A stretch of 64,000 bases of DNA, taken from the NCBI GenBank assembly GCA_016202645.1, contig JACQOF010000003.1, positions 27,375 through 91,374 on the forward strand, read 5' to 3'. The translations under genes and the position numbers were made by a program. The notes below the pieces were generated by a model. It was not told the DNA's origin. It made no database searches and was given only the letters and a program-made list of their open reading frames with translations. This DNA comes from a bacterium. Lineage in GTDB: Bacteria; Lindowbacteria; 2-12-FULL-62-27. Positions 9,042 to 18,143 of this stretch are shown here, one piece after another. Within the stretch, counting starts at the first letter, position 1. Every line of letters starts with the position of its first letter.

Positions 9042-10468
9042 GCCTCCAGCCCCATCACCTTCAAACGGCGCATGCCCCCCAAGGCAAATCCGAGAGCGAG
9101 GATGGACAGGAGGGCCGCGCCGGGCAAGATACGTCTGCCCATGGACAAGACAGATTCTTCTCGGAACTCAAACGCCGGCAGAGCGTCCAAGTCTGACACC
9201 GTCACCAGTTCCTGTTTAAAAATCTTCGGTTCGAGAAGCTCCTTCATCCGCGCCTGATAGACCAGGGCCTGGTCTTCAAACCTGTTGTGCCTGGCGATAC
9301 CGGTTCCGGCGATGTCGTTTAATCCTTCCTGCAGAACCAGGGCCGGCGAAAGAAAGGCCATGCGGAGCTGGAGGGTTTGCCGACGGCGCAATTCGGACTC
9401 ATGGGCGTCGACCAGCGTGTTGAGCTCACGGTCGGTCAGTTTCTGCACGGCGAAATATTTATTGAAAAACTGTTTGAAGTCCGGAATGTCATGGCCTGGC
9501 TCAAGGTAGAACCGTTCCAGAACCTTGTCGCCGCCAGCGTTGATCCGATTGCCGACATCCCGTGCCGCGACGGCAAGATTCACCCGGGAGGGCGGAGGCG
9601 CCAGTATCCCCAGAAGCGTCCCCATCACCGATGGCAGAACCAAGACCAACGTCAACCAAGCTCCGGCCAGCACCGTCGCATTGTACACCGCCGACCGGCC
9701 CAGGCCGTTGACCCAAATGCTGAGCGACATCCAAAACGCCAGATAGGCCAGAAGCAGAAACAGGGTCAGTCCAAACTCGCCGGGGAATTTGGCCACGGAA
9801 ACGCCCGCGAGGAAAAGGCCGATCCCCAAAGACGACGCCGATACGCCCCAGAGGAGGAGCAATCGCGCCGCCGCTCTCGACAGCGCCAGATGCGCCAGGC
9901 CCGTTGTCTGGGACAAAACCAAGGGCAAAATTCCCCGGTCCCGGTCGCCGGCGACGATCCCAAAACCCAGCGCGAGGGCCAGGAGGGGGAGAAGGTAGAC
10001 CATCACAAAAGCGGCGTCAAACCCTCCCACCTGGAGATTCAAGGGATTTTCGATGTCCTGGGAAAAATAATTCCGGCCCTCCCAGAATTGGGCCCGGTTC
10101 AACAGGTTCAGCCGCGCCACTCCGTTCAACAAGTCGCTCTGGCCGATGGACAACGGCGCAAGGGGCGCCGGCGGAAGAACCGCCTGCCGGCTGCCCGAAT
10201 ACAACGAAAAAACTGACGTGGTGCGGGGGTCGTCCTCTCCCGGAGGCAATTTCTCCCGGCCGGTTTCCAGGGATTCAAACCGCGCGCGAGTGTTGGCAAA
10301 TTTTTCCGCGTCTTTCGCCATCAGAAACCGGCCTTGTTTGTCCAAACGTTCCGATGCGGTCTGTCCTCCAAACACGCCCACAATCAGGAGGACAGCGGCC
10401 GCGGCGAGAGCCGGAATCGTGGCGGCTTCTCGCCATGTCCGTTTCAGTTCAATCCGAAAGAGCCGCAT
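9038..10468 (-). CDS. ABC-2-type permease, DUF3526 family
   Basis: LAPLSIGQSDL, ENPL....G.FD.AFV..YLLPL and AGTG motifs. Confidence 0.85.
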   Translation of the reverse strand: MRLFRIELKRTWREAATIPALAAAAVLLIVGVFGGQTASERLDKQGRFLMAKDAEKFANTRARFESLETGREKLPPGEDDPRTTSVFSLYSGSRQAVLPPAPLAPLSIGQSDLLNGVARLNLLNRAQFWEGRNYFSQDIENPLNLQVGGFDAAFVMVYLLPLLALALGFGIVAGDRDRGILPLVLSQTTGLAHLALSRAAARLLLLWGVSASSLGIGLFLAGVSVAKFPGEFGLTLFLLLAYLAFWMSLSIWVNGLGRSAVYNATVLAGAWLTLVLVLPSVMGTLLGILAPPPSRVNLAVAARDVGNRINAGGDKVLERFYLEPGHDIPDFKQFFNKYFAVQKLTDRELNTLVDAHESELRRRQTLQLRMAFLSPALVLQEGLNDIAGTGIARHNRFEDQALVYQARMKELLEPKIFKQELVTVSDLDALPAFEFREESVLSMGRRILPGAALLSILALGFALGGMRRLKVMGLEA

Positions 10469-10478
10469 CGGTTGGCGA

Positions 10479-11894
10479 TCAGTCGACGTTCAAACGGCGC
10501 GCGGAGTTTCGCATGAACCAGAGGCCCGCCATCAGCCATGCCGAGAGCATCGCCAGGGACCTCCAAGCCTGGCCGATCGCATGATCGACCCCGAACGATG
10601 GATACTCAAACGCCGGCATGGACGCCCAGAGATCCGGCCCGCCGCGGTAATCCGAGTCCCATTTTTCCTGGCGTTTGGCGTTCCGGAGGACATCATCATT
10701 CAAGCGCCGAATAAAAGCGCGGCGATACTGTTCCGCCTTGAAGGCGAAATCCCGATGGACCGACAGATCCGTGCCGGCCAACGCCATGGACGCCAGGCGC
10801 AAAGGCTGGAGGGGTGATGCCAGACCCGTAACCAAGTGCAGATCCCTCTGTCTTTCGAGAATGCCGAAGAGTTCCGAAAATCTCCTGTCAAAAATCTGGT
10901 CTCCGTGCCGTTCTCCCTCGATGAGACGAATTCCGCTGAAGGACACCGGCAACTCCTCGATCGTCTTGGCCCCGTAGAGCCGGAGTGCGTTTGCCTTGTC
11001 CAATTTCATTGAATCCGGCCTCTGGGTTTCTTTTGAGATCTGATCGGAAAATTCCGCGGCGAGGGGCGTTGGGGAGACCGCCTTGGACAGCGCCACGGCG
11101 AATCGCGGCACAAGAACGCAGGCGGCGAGCCATATTCCCAGCAACGCGAGCAGGGTGTTCCGTGGTTTGGTCATCCTCGCCGAAACTCCCAAAACCACGG
11201 CAATCCAGAAAGCGATATAGAACGCGTAGGCGAGACTGAGCCACCCCAGACGCAGGAGAACGTCCATACGGGTGCCAGGCTCGGCCAGAAACAGGGACGC
11301 GGCGATGGCCGCGGTCCAGGGCAGAATCGTCCAGACCAGCAACGCGCGAAGGAATCCCATCCATTTCCCCCACGCCAGAATTTCCGGAGAGACTCCCTGA
11401 CTCAACGCCAATTTCAGCACGCGGCTCTCCCGTTCGCCAGAGAACGACGCGTAAGAAAGGAAGATAATCAGCAGCGGCGCGATGACCTGCAAAATAAACG
11501 CGGGACTCAATTCTCCGAACCTCTGCATCACGCCGGCGTCCATGGCCGGGCGGTATTTGAAGTCATTCTGTTTGTGAGCTTCGAGCCACACGGTGGCCCC
11601 GACCCAAGGCTCGATGCCGCGGTCAAAGACGGCCAGGGCCTGCGCGGGCTTGAAGGCGTAGACTCCGTAATGAGCGGCGCTGTGCGGGTTCTTGATACCC
11701 TGTTCCAGAAACTGCCGGCGATTGTCGGCCCATGCCGCGGAGCGTTCCTGGCCCAGCCGGAGGGCATACCGGCCGCCGGCGAAGGCCGACGCGAGGGTCA
11801 GGATTAGGAAGACCCACCCCAGAACGCGGGCGCGCCCGTCTCTTCTTAACGATTCGCCCTCGCGGGCGGCGATGACGCGCAGGATTACCGGCAC
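10479..11894 (-). CDS. ABC-2-type permease, DUF3526 family
   Basis: KNPHSAAHYG, LEAHKQN, RFGELSPA, LAGTD and AEQYRR motifs. Confidence 0.88.
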   Translation of the reverse strand: MPVILRVIAAREGESLRRDGRARVLGWVFLILTLASAFAGGRYALRLGQERSAAWADNRRQFLEQGIKNPHSAAHYGVYAFKPAQALAVFDRGIEPWVGATVWLEAHKQNDFKYRPAMDAGVMQRFGELSPAFILQVIAPLLIIFLSYASFSGERESRVLKLALSQGVSPEILAWGKWMGFLRALLVWTILPWTAAIAASLFLAEPGTRMDVLLRLGWLSLAYAFYIAFWIAVVLGVSARMTKPRNTLLALLGIWLAACVLVPRFAVALSKAVSPTPLAAEFSDQISKETQRPDSMKLDKANALRLYGAKTIEELPVSFSGIRLIEGERHGDQIFDRRFSELFGILERQRDLHLVTGLASPLQPLRLASMALAGTDLSVHRDFAFKAEQYRRAFIRRLNDDVLRNAKRQEKWDSDYRGGPDLWASMPAFEYPSFGVDHAIGQAWRSLAMLSAWLMAGLWFMRNSARRLNVD

Positions 11895-11895
11895 T

Positions 11896-12597
11896 TCAGT
11901 TCGCCATGTGATCGAGATAGATTTTTTCCAATTCGGAATGCCCGAGTTTCTCGGTATCGAGGACGGTGTTCATCTTTCCCTCCCGCATGATTCCCACGCG
12001 GTGTCCGCTTTCCTTGGCCCTGAAGAGGTCGTGCGTGGCCATCAGGACCGCGATTCCCTGATCGCCGAGTTTCCGGAGCAGGAGGCTAAACTCGTTGCTC
12101 GCCTTGGGATCAAGGCCGGATGTGGGCTCGTCCAACATGAGCGCCCGCGCGCGCTTGCTGAGCGCCAGCGCGATCCCGACTTTCTGACGCATGCCTTTGC
12201 TGTACGTGCCGACGGGCCGCCCGTGTGCCTCGTCCTGCAGTCCCGCGTCCCGCAGAAAAGCGCTTAAGTCACCCGGGGCGTAGTCGAATCCGGCCAAGGC
12301 GCTGAAGTATCCAAGATTTTCCGTGCCGGTCATCGAGGAATAAAAATTCACCTGTTCCGGAATATAGGCGATGAGCCGCCGCGCCTCCAGAGGGTTCTTT
12401 GCCACCTCGCGCCCGTCGACGAAGGCCTGGCCGCCGGTGGGTTCGACAAAATGGAGGAACAGATGGATGGTCGTGGTTTTCCCGGCGCCGTTTGCGCCCA
12501 GGAGACAGAACACTTCCCCTTCCTTGACCTTGAGATCCAATCCATCCAACGCGAGCACGTCGCCGTACCGTTTTGTTAGGCTTTTAGCTTCGAGCAT
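11896..12597 (-). CDS. ABC transporter ATP-binding protein
   Basis: GANGAGKTT, YSKGMRQK, LDEPTSGLD and H-loop ATHD. Confidence 0.95.
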   Translation of the reverse strand: MLEAKSLTKRYGDVLALDGLDLKVKEGEVFCLLGANGAGKTTTIHLFLHFVEPTGGQAFVDGREVAKNPLEARRLIAYIPEQVNFYSSMTGTENLGYFSALAGFDYAPGDLSAFLRDAGLQDEAHGRPVGTYSKGMRQKVGIALALSKRARALMLDEPTSGLDPKASNEFSLLLRKLGDQGIAVLMATHDLFRAKESGHRVGIMREGKMNTVLDTEKLGHSELEKIYLDHMAN

Positions 12598-12606
12598 GCG
12601 AATTCC

Positions 12607-14544
12607 TCATTTCTTCCACGTGTAGGTCAGCCAATGGCTCCGCTGCTGATGGGCAGCCCCGGTGGATTCGACGTTGACTTCATCAAACAGGTTTTCCGTC
12701 CGGAAACTCCATTCGCCGGCGCGACCGCCGAAGGGCCGGTAGTTGAAAATGAGATCGGTGATCGTCGCCTGGGCCAGTTTGTCCGTCGACGTGTTCGAAT
12801 TCCAGCGTTTCCCGATGAACCGGACGACGGAAACCACGTCCAAGGCGTCGCTGATGGCGTAGCGCACCGTGGCGGTGGCTTTCTTGTCCGCGGCTTTGTC
12901 AAATTCTCCCTGAACCACCGTTCCCGTATCCTCAATGTTAGACTGCGTGAACGTCGCGGTGAGCCCGACCGAAAGGCGGCGGGTCAGATCGTAATTTCCC
13001 TCTATATCAAACCCTTGGGTCACGGCCCTGTTCGCGTTCAAATTCGGTCCTGTGGGGTTTCCCGTTGCGAACTGCCGGACGATGAGCTGGTTGTACCGGG
13101 TCTTGAAGTACGTGACGTCCCCGCGAAATTTGTTGTCCGGGGAGGAATACTCAACCCCGACGTCCCATCCCTTTGAGAATTCCGGCTTCAGGCGGGAGTT
13201 TCCGGATACGCCCGGGAAAATGAGATCAAAAATCGTGGGATCGCGGAATCCGGTTCCAAACGACCCGTGAAACCGCGTCTGCTCGTCGATTGGACGGGAA
13301 GCCGACGTCCGGAACGTCCGGGCCACCAACTTCGGCAAATAGGCGATTCCGCTGTCCGGCATAATGTGATCTGTCCGGCCTCCGAGGGTCAGCGTCCACC
13401 CTTTCCAGTCCACCAAGTCCTGCATGTACATCGACCGTTTCACGATGGTCTGGGCGTAGGGCGTGGCTCGTTTGACGTCCTTGCCCACGTCGATCTCTCC
13501 CGCCCAGCCGAAAGTCAACGTGTGATCTTTGACGCGGTAGTTATTCTGGAAATCGATCGTGGACGTATGGTTAATACGGGTGAGGTTGCTGGATCCTTTT
13601 GGGTTCCCGAAATCAGTATTTTCCAGTCTCTCCTCATAGTACCCATACATCATGGAATAATCCCAGCGGTCAGTGACCGCCCGGGAGAGCTTGATTGAGC
13701 TTGTGATCTGATCCATGTACGAAAAGATTTTCGTGGTGTCGGCGCCGCCGAAGATGTCGAGGCCCGCCACCATGTTCACATAGGAGACGGACGCGTTCAG
13801 GTCATGATCGTAGAAAGGCAGGGGGTAGGAGACCGACGCCGACATGTTCTTGGTCAGGAACAAGTCATTTTCCAGTCCCGAGCTGTCCGTATTCCCGGAA
13901 TTCCCGGAGGACGAGTAGCCATCGCTGTTTTCATAGTAAGCGCTCAAGGTATATCTGGCTTCGCCGGCCGATCCCCGGAGCCCCAAGGAAGACCTCCGTG
14001 TCCTCCAACTACCCACTTCCATCATGGCATCCATCGAAGGTTTTACGGTCCCGCGTTTGGTGATGATATTGATCACGCCGGACATTGCGTTGGATCCATA
14101 GAGCGTGCTCATGTTTCCGCGGACGATTTCAATCCGCTCGATATTCTCGACCGAAAAGGACGGTATCATGGCGTCGCCGCCAAGAGCGCGGCGCCACGGC
14201 ACGCCGTCGACGAGAGTCAGCACATGCTTTTGGTTGCCTCCCCGGAGACTAAAATTGGTCTGCGTGCCGGGACTGCCAAACCGGGTGACGTCGACGTACG
14301 CCGACCTGCGCAGGACGTCCTGAATCGACCTCGATTTTTGCATTTCAATATCCTTGGCCGTAATCACCGTCACCGCCGCGCCGACTTTGTCCCTGGACAC
14401 CGGCACGCGGGACGCTGTAACGACAACTTCAGGCAGGCCATAGGCCTCCTCTTCGGGTTCGACTGCCCGACTTGCGGCCGGGAAGAGCACCGCGCACCCC
14501 AGCGCCACGAGGGGCGCAATCCATTTTGCTCTAAAAAAGTTCAT
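12607..14544 (-). CDS. TonB-dependent receptor (BtuB/CirA-like)
   Basis: Signal peptide from the ATG at 14544 (ATGA overlap with tonB), TonB box EVVVTASR, plug motif IERIEIVRG...LYGSNAMSGVINIITK, and FRDP...GNSRLKPE. Confidence 0.92.
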   Translation of the reverse strand: MNFFRAKWIAPLVALGCAVLFPAASRAVEPEEEAYGLPEVVVTASRVPVSRDKVGAAVTVITAKDIEMQKSRSIQDVLRRSAYVDVTRFGSPGTQTNFSLRGGNQKHVLTLVDGVPWRRALGGDAMIPSFSVENIERIEIVRGNMSTLYGSNAMSGVINIITKRGTVKPSMDAMMEVGSWRTRRSSLGLRGSAGEARYTLSAYYENSDGYSSSGNSGNTDSSGLENDLFLTKNMSASVSYPLPFYDHDLNASVSYVNMVAGLDIFGGADTTKIFSYMDQITSSIKLSRAVTDRWDYSMMYGYYEERLENTDFGNPKGSSNLTRINHTSTIDFQNNYRVKDHTLTFGWAGEIDVGKDVKRATPYAQTIVKRSMYMQDLVDWKGWTLTLGGRTDHIMPDSGIAYLPKLVARTFRTSASRPIDEQTRFHGSFGTGFRDPTIFDLIFPGVSGNSRLKPEFSKGWDVGVEYSSPDNKFRGDVTYFKTRYNQLIVRQFATGNPTGPNLNANRAVTQGFDIEGNYDLTRRLSVGLTATFTQSNIEDTGTVVQGEFDKAADKKATATVRYAISDALDVVSVVRFIGKRWNSNTSTDKLAQATITDLIFNYRPFGGRAGEWSFRTENLFDEVNVESTGAAHQQRSHWLTYTWKK

Positions 14545-15323
14545 TCGACGTTCACTCCTTTGTTCAAACTGAATCGGATGGGTACCAAGCATTCGCTGGT
14601 TATCTCGACCGGCCCTCTCCGGGCCGGGATAAATTTCCATTGTTTCACGGCGCGCTGCGCCGCGAGGTCCAAAATCCGGTAACCGCTGCTGACATCGACG
14701 GTCACAGCCATCGCCTCTCCTTTTTCCGAAACCGCAACCCGCAAGATCACCCGGCCCTCGTACCATGACCGCTGGGCGGCCAGGGGGTACTCGGGTTTGG
14801 GATTGTTCAAATAGGCGGGCGCGGACGAAACGTGTATTTCTTGGGCCTCACTCAACTGCATCCCCGTTGCCGGCGCCGGATCCGATACGGCCGTCGGCGC
14901 ATCTTCGGTCATTTTTTCCTGGACGGGTTCCGTCGCCGGTTCCCGGATCGGTTCCTGCACAGGTTCCGGGGGGATTTGTTCGACTTCCATCACCAACATT
15001 GCCGGGACTTCCGGGACCGGCGGTTCGGCCGGCGGGATTTCCACCGGGTTGACGGCCTCCTCCACGACGGCCGGAAGAGGCTCCGGCCTGGGTTTGGGAA
15101 CGGGCTTTTTCCGCGGGAGCACAACCGGCGTGGCGACAAGTTGGAGGGACATGCGTCCAACGGCGCTTTCCATCGGAATTTGGACAGGTGAAAACGGCCA
15201 GAACCAGAACAACAAAAAGGCGTGGAACCCCGCGGAGATCACCGTCGCCGTCCACATGGCGCCGGGCGGCTGATACAAAGGGACGGCGCGGCCGCGTCCG
15301 TTGGCATGCAGAACTTCGATCAT
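14541..15323 (-). CDS. tonB: energy transducer TonB
   Basis: TM with S...H motif, Pro/Glu-rich linker, C-terminal PEYP.AA....EGRV...SSG...LD.AA..AV..WKF.PA. Confidence 0.92.
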   Translation of the reverse strand: MIEVLHANGRGRAVPLYQPPGAMWTATVISAGFHAFLLFWFWPFSPVQIPMESAVGRMSLQLVATPVVLPRKKPVPKPRPEPLPAVVEEAVNPVEIPPAEPPVPEVPAMLVMEVEQIPPEPVQEPIREPATEPVQEKMTEDAPTAVSDPAPATGMQLSEAQEIHVSSAPAYLNNPKPEYPLAAQRSWYEGRVILRVAVSEKGEAMAVTVDVSSGYRILDLAAQRAVKQWKFIPARRGPVEITSECLVPIRFSLNKGVNVE

Positions 15324-15324
15324 G

Positions 15325-15750
15325 TCAGCGTTTCACCGTCGTTTCCAGGGAAATGCGGACCAGCCCCGCCGTCCGGCAGGCGTCCAGAACTTCAATGACA
15401 ATCCCGTAGTCCGCCGCCCGGTCGGCGTCAACGTAGACTTCCTCCGTATTCGGCTCGGCCGACCGATAAGCGGTGATGCGCCGCAGGAGGTCATTTTTGT
15501 CGACCCGGACCCGGTTCATATAAATTTCCCCGGCGGACGTGACCGTAAACGTCAGGAGGTCCTTTTTTTCCTTGATGGACGTCAGAGCCTGCGGCAGTTC
15601 CACTTTGATCCCGCGGTGGACCGTCATCGTGAGCATGCTGTAGATCAGCACCGTCAGAATCAGAAAGATGGTGTCGATCATCGGGATCATGTCGATGCGC
15701 GCTTCGCGGGCCTCCAAGTGCGCTCCAAAGAACCTCCGCCGGATTTTCAC
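15325..15750 (-). CDS. exbD: biopolymer transporter ExbD
   Basis: IDMIPMIDTIFLIL, V.LP.A and AD....YG.V..VLD motifs. Confidence 0.93.
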   Translation of the reverse strand: MKIRRRFFGAHLEAREARIDMIPMIDTIFLILTVLIYSMLTMTVHRGIKVELPQALTSIKEKKDLLTFTVTSAGEIYMNRVRVDKNDLLRRITAYRSAEPNTEEVYVDADRAADYGIVIEVLDACRTAGLVRISLETTVKR

Positions 15751-16385
15751 GCCGCTTCCGTCTTTCCAATGCGGGTTCGATTCTCCTCCGACTCATGGAT
15801 GGCGATTTCCATGTTCGACAAGGCGGATTCCATGCGGTGCCGGGCGCGCGTAACCTGGGACTGAAAGAAGTTGTAGAAGATGAGGGTTGGCATGGCGATG
15901 GCAAGGCCGAAAACAGTCGTGATGAGGGCCTGGGAAACGCCCGACGCCACCTGGCTGACGTTGTCGACGTTGCCGCCGAGGGCGTCGAAGGCGAAAACGA
16001 TTCCGACAACGGTGCCGAATATTCCCAGGAGCGGCGAGAGGGAGATGATGGTTTCGAAGACCGTCAAATATTTTTTCATGAGGATATACCGTTCCGAGGA
16101 CGCCTGATCGAGCGCCACAAAGAGGCTCGTGTGCGGCCCGCCGGCCCGGAGGCCTTCGTGGAACATGGAAAGCACGTAGTCCCTCCCCCCGGCACAGACC
16201 TTGAGCGCCTCCTCCCGCCGGCCGTCTCCGACCAGTTGGAGCGCGCGGCTGACCGCATCGGGCTGTTCCCGGCGCCAGATGCGGATCCAGAACCAGATCC
16301 GTTCCAGGGCGAAGGCCAGCGACAGGAGCGAACACATGAGCAGGGGCCACATCACCGGCCCCCCTCTTTGGAAATACTCGATCAT
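15747..16385 (-). CDS. exbB: ExbB (MotA/TolQ/ExbB family)
   Basis: GGPVMWPL, PLLGIFGTV.G and ALITT.FGL.IA.P motifs; start placed at MIEYF (16385) after a purine-rich tract. Confidence 0.92.
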   Translation of the reverse strand: MIEYFQRGGPVMWPLLMCSLLSLAFALERIWFWIRIWRREQPDAVSRALQLVGDGRREEALKVCAGGRDYVLSMFHEGLRAGGPHTSLFVALDQASSERYILMKKYLTVFETIISLSPLLGIFGTVVGIVFAFDALGGNVDNVSQVASGVSQALITTVFGLAIAMPTLIFYNFFQSQVTRARHRMESALSNMEIAIHESEENRTRIGKTEAA

Positions 16386-16412
16386 CCTCTTCCGCCTTTC
16401 GTCAAACAGTAA

Positions 16413-16488
16413 ATTGCAATATACTCGCATTTTCATCGCCCGGTGTCAACTAAAATGCGAGTTCTTTGCAAGAGCCGCAATCTCGCAA
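16413..16488. promoter_or_regulatory. tandem 19-bp TGC-N9-GCA palindromic boxes (Fur/Mur-like) flanking a minus-strand TTGACA
   Basis: ATTGCAATATACTCGCATT (16413-16431) and AATGCGAGTTCTTTGCAAG (16454-16472) are inverted copies; extra IR at 16466-16488; TTGACA at 16449-16444. Confidence 0.6.
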
Positions 16489-16580
16489 TAATATCGGCGC
16501 CCGGATAGGCTTCGAATTGGGGTTGGTGGGTTATTTGCGGGTGTATTTGGAGACGTCGCCGACCATTTTGGCGGTCTGCG

Positions 16581-17384
16581 CTACACCAGCAGGGCGAGTC
16601 CCAAGGCGGCGCAGTAGAGGGCGAAGTAGTGGAATTTGGCGGACTGAAGGATTTTGAGCAGGACCCGGATGGCCAGGACGCCGACCGCGCCCGCCACCGC
16701 CGCGGAACCCGCGTAGAGCGCGAGATTCACGCCCGATCCGAGTTCCCCGGCGATGTCGCGGGCCTCCAGGAGTGTCGCTCCGAGGATGGCCGGGATGAAG
16801 AGCAGGAAAGAAAACCTTGCTGCCAAGTCCGGGCGGAGGCCGAGGATCAGCGCGGCGGAAATCGTCGCGCCCGACCGGGACACGCCTGGAAAGATTGCAG
16901 CGCCTTGTAGAAGGCCGATGAATACCGCATCCCAAATTCCCATTTGAGCGAGGGACCGGTCCCGGGTTTTCCGAAAGACCGTCGCACCCATGATGAGTCC
17001 TCCCGCTAGAAATCCGAAGGCCACCGCGCGCAGGTCGGAAAACGCCGCTTCGACCGCCGATTTCAAACCGAAGCCGATTGCCGCCGTGGGGACGCAGGCG
17101 ATCAGGATGAGCAGAAGCAATTTTCCCGGCGAGTCGGAGCGCCAGTCCGCTTTCAGCCACCGGCCGGGGTGGACCAGTTCGCCGGCCATGTCCGCAACGT
17201 CCCGCCGGTAGACCGCGAGAACCGCAACCAGCGTTCCGAGATGGAGAACGATGTCGAACGCGAGAGGCGGGTTGGAGAATCCGAGCCACACCTGCGCGAC
17301 GGCCAGGTGCCCGGATGAACTCACGGGCAGGAATTCGGTGACGCCCTGGATGACAGCCAGGACCAAGGCGATCCAGAGTGTCAT
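16581..17384 (-). CDS. uppP: undecaprenyl-diphosphate phosphatase
   Basis: QGVTEFLPVSSSGH and PGVSRSGATI motifs. Confidence 0.96.
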   Translation of the reverse strand: MTLWIALVLAVIQGVTEFLPVSSSGHLAVAQVWLGFSNPPLAFDIVLHLGTLVAVLAVYRRDVADMAGELVHPGRWLKADWRSDSPGKLLLLILIACVPTAAIGFGLKSAVEAAFSDLRAVAFGFLAGGLIMGATVFRKTRDRSLAQMGIWDAVFIGLLQGAAIFPGVSRSGATISAALILGLRPDLAARFSFLLFIPAILGATLLEARDIAGELGSGVNLALYAGSAAVAGAVGVLAIRVLLKILQSAKFHYFALYCAALGLALLV

Positions 17385-17400
17385 GAGATTTGGATCATCC

Positions 17401-18057
17401 TCAGGATGTCTTGAGACTCACGGCAACGCCATCCCGGACCGGGACGATGGTCGTGACGAATCGCTTGTCGGCCAGAATCAGGTCGGTGTATCGTTTGACG
17501 CCCAGGGTACTCTTCTCCGTGTTCTTCATGTCGATGACCCTTCCGTCCCAGAGGAGATTGTCCACGATAACCAGCGCGCCCGGGTTGAGACGGTCTTTGA
17601 AGGCTTCATATCCCGCCGGGTATTGCTCCTTGTCGATGTCCATGAAGAGGATGTCCGGCGTCACGCCGCTTTTTTTGAAAGCCTCGACCGCATCGCCTTC
17701 GTGAAACCGGACCCGGTCGATCACGCCCGCGCACGTCAGGTACTCCCGAGCTTTGGTTCTGTTTTCTCCGGAAAGGTCGGTGTGATGGACCACGCCTTCC
17801 GGCCCCATCGCCCGCGCAAACCAGAGGGTCGAATACCCGTACCCGGATCCGAGTTCAAAGACCGTTTTGGCCCTGGACAAAAGCGTGAGCACCTGCAGGA
17901 GCCGCCCGACCTGTGGTCCGACGATCGGAAAATCCTTTTCGATCCCGACCGCCTCCATTTCAAGCAGCACCTCGTCGTCCTTCGAGACCGCAAGCTGTGT
18001 CAGGTACGCGTCAATGTAGGGGTTGATGATGTCCATCCGGATCATCCCATCGGCCAT
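17401..18057 (-). CDS. O-methyltransferase (caffeoyl-CoA OMT/YrrM-like)
   Basis: ELGSGYGYS SAM motif, FMDIDKEQY, DNLLWDG and PVRDG. Confidence 0.9.
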   Translation of the reverse strand: MADGMIRMDIINPYIDAYLTQLAVSKDDEVLLEMEAVGIEKDFPIVGPQVGRLLQVLTLLSRAKTVFELGSGYGYSTLWFARAMGPEGVVHHTDLSGENRTKAREYLTCAGVIDRVRFHEGDAVEAFKKSGVTPDILFMDIDKEQYPAGYEAFKDRLNPGALVIVDNLLWDGRVIDMKNTEKSTLGVKRYTDLILADKRFVTTIVPVRDGVAVSLKTS

Positions 18058-18109
18058 GGGCTATTGCCTTAGCAGGAAACCGTTCAAAATTCCATCATAA
18101 CCCCGGATT

Positions 18110-18137
18110 TTGAAAGTTCATCAACCTTTGGTATAGT
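18110..18137 (+). promoter_or_regulatory. sigma70-like extended -10 promoter, probably leaderless
   Basis: TTGAAA-N16-TATAGT preceded by TGG; ATG at 18144 lies 6 nt downstream. Confidence 0.6.
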
Positions 18138-18143
18138 GCGGGC

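Noticed and set aside
14545..14766. N-terminal extensions in the ORF track (receptor, MMPL, HhH protein, dipeptidase, lspA, ugd, DUF35, DUF2149)
   Set aside because: They overlap upstream genes; downstream starts give coupled junctions and proper N-termini.
16386..16580. Cobalamin riboswitch expected before a BtuB/CobN-like operon
   Set aside because: No GGGAA...GCCACTG or B12-box elements visible; Infernal would be decisive.
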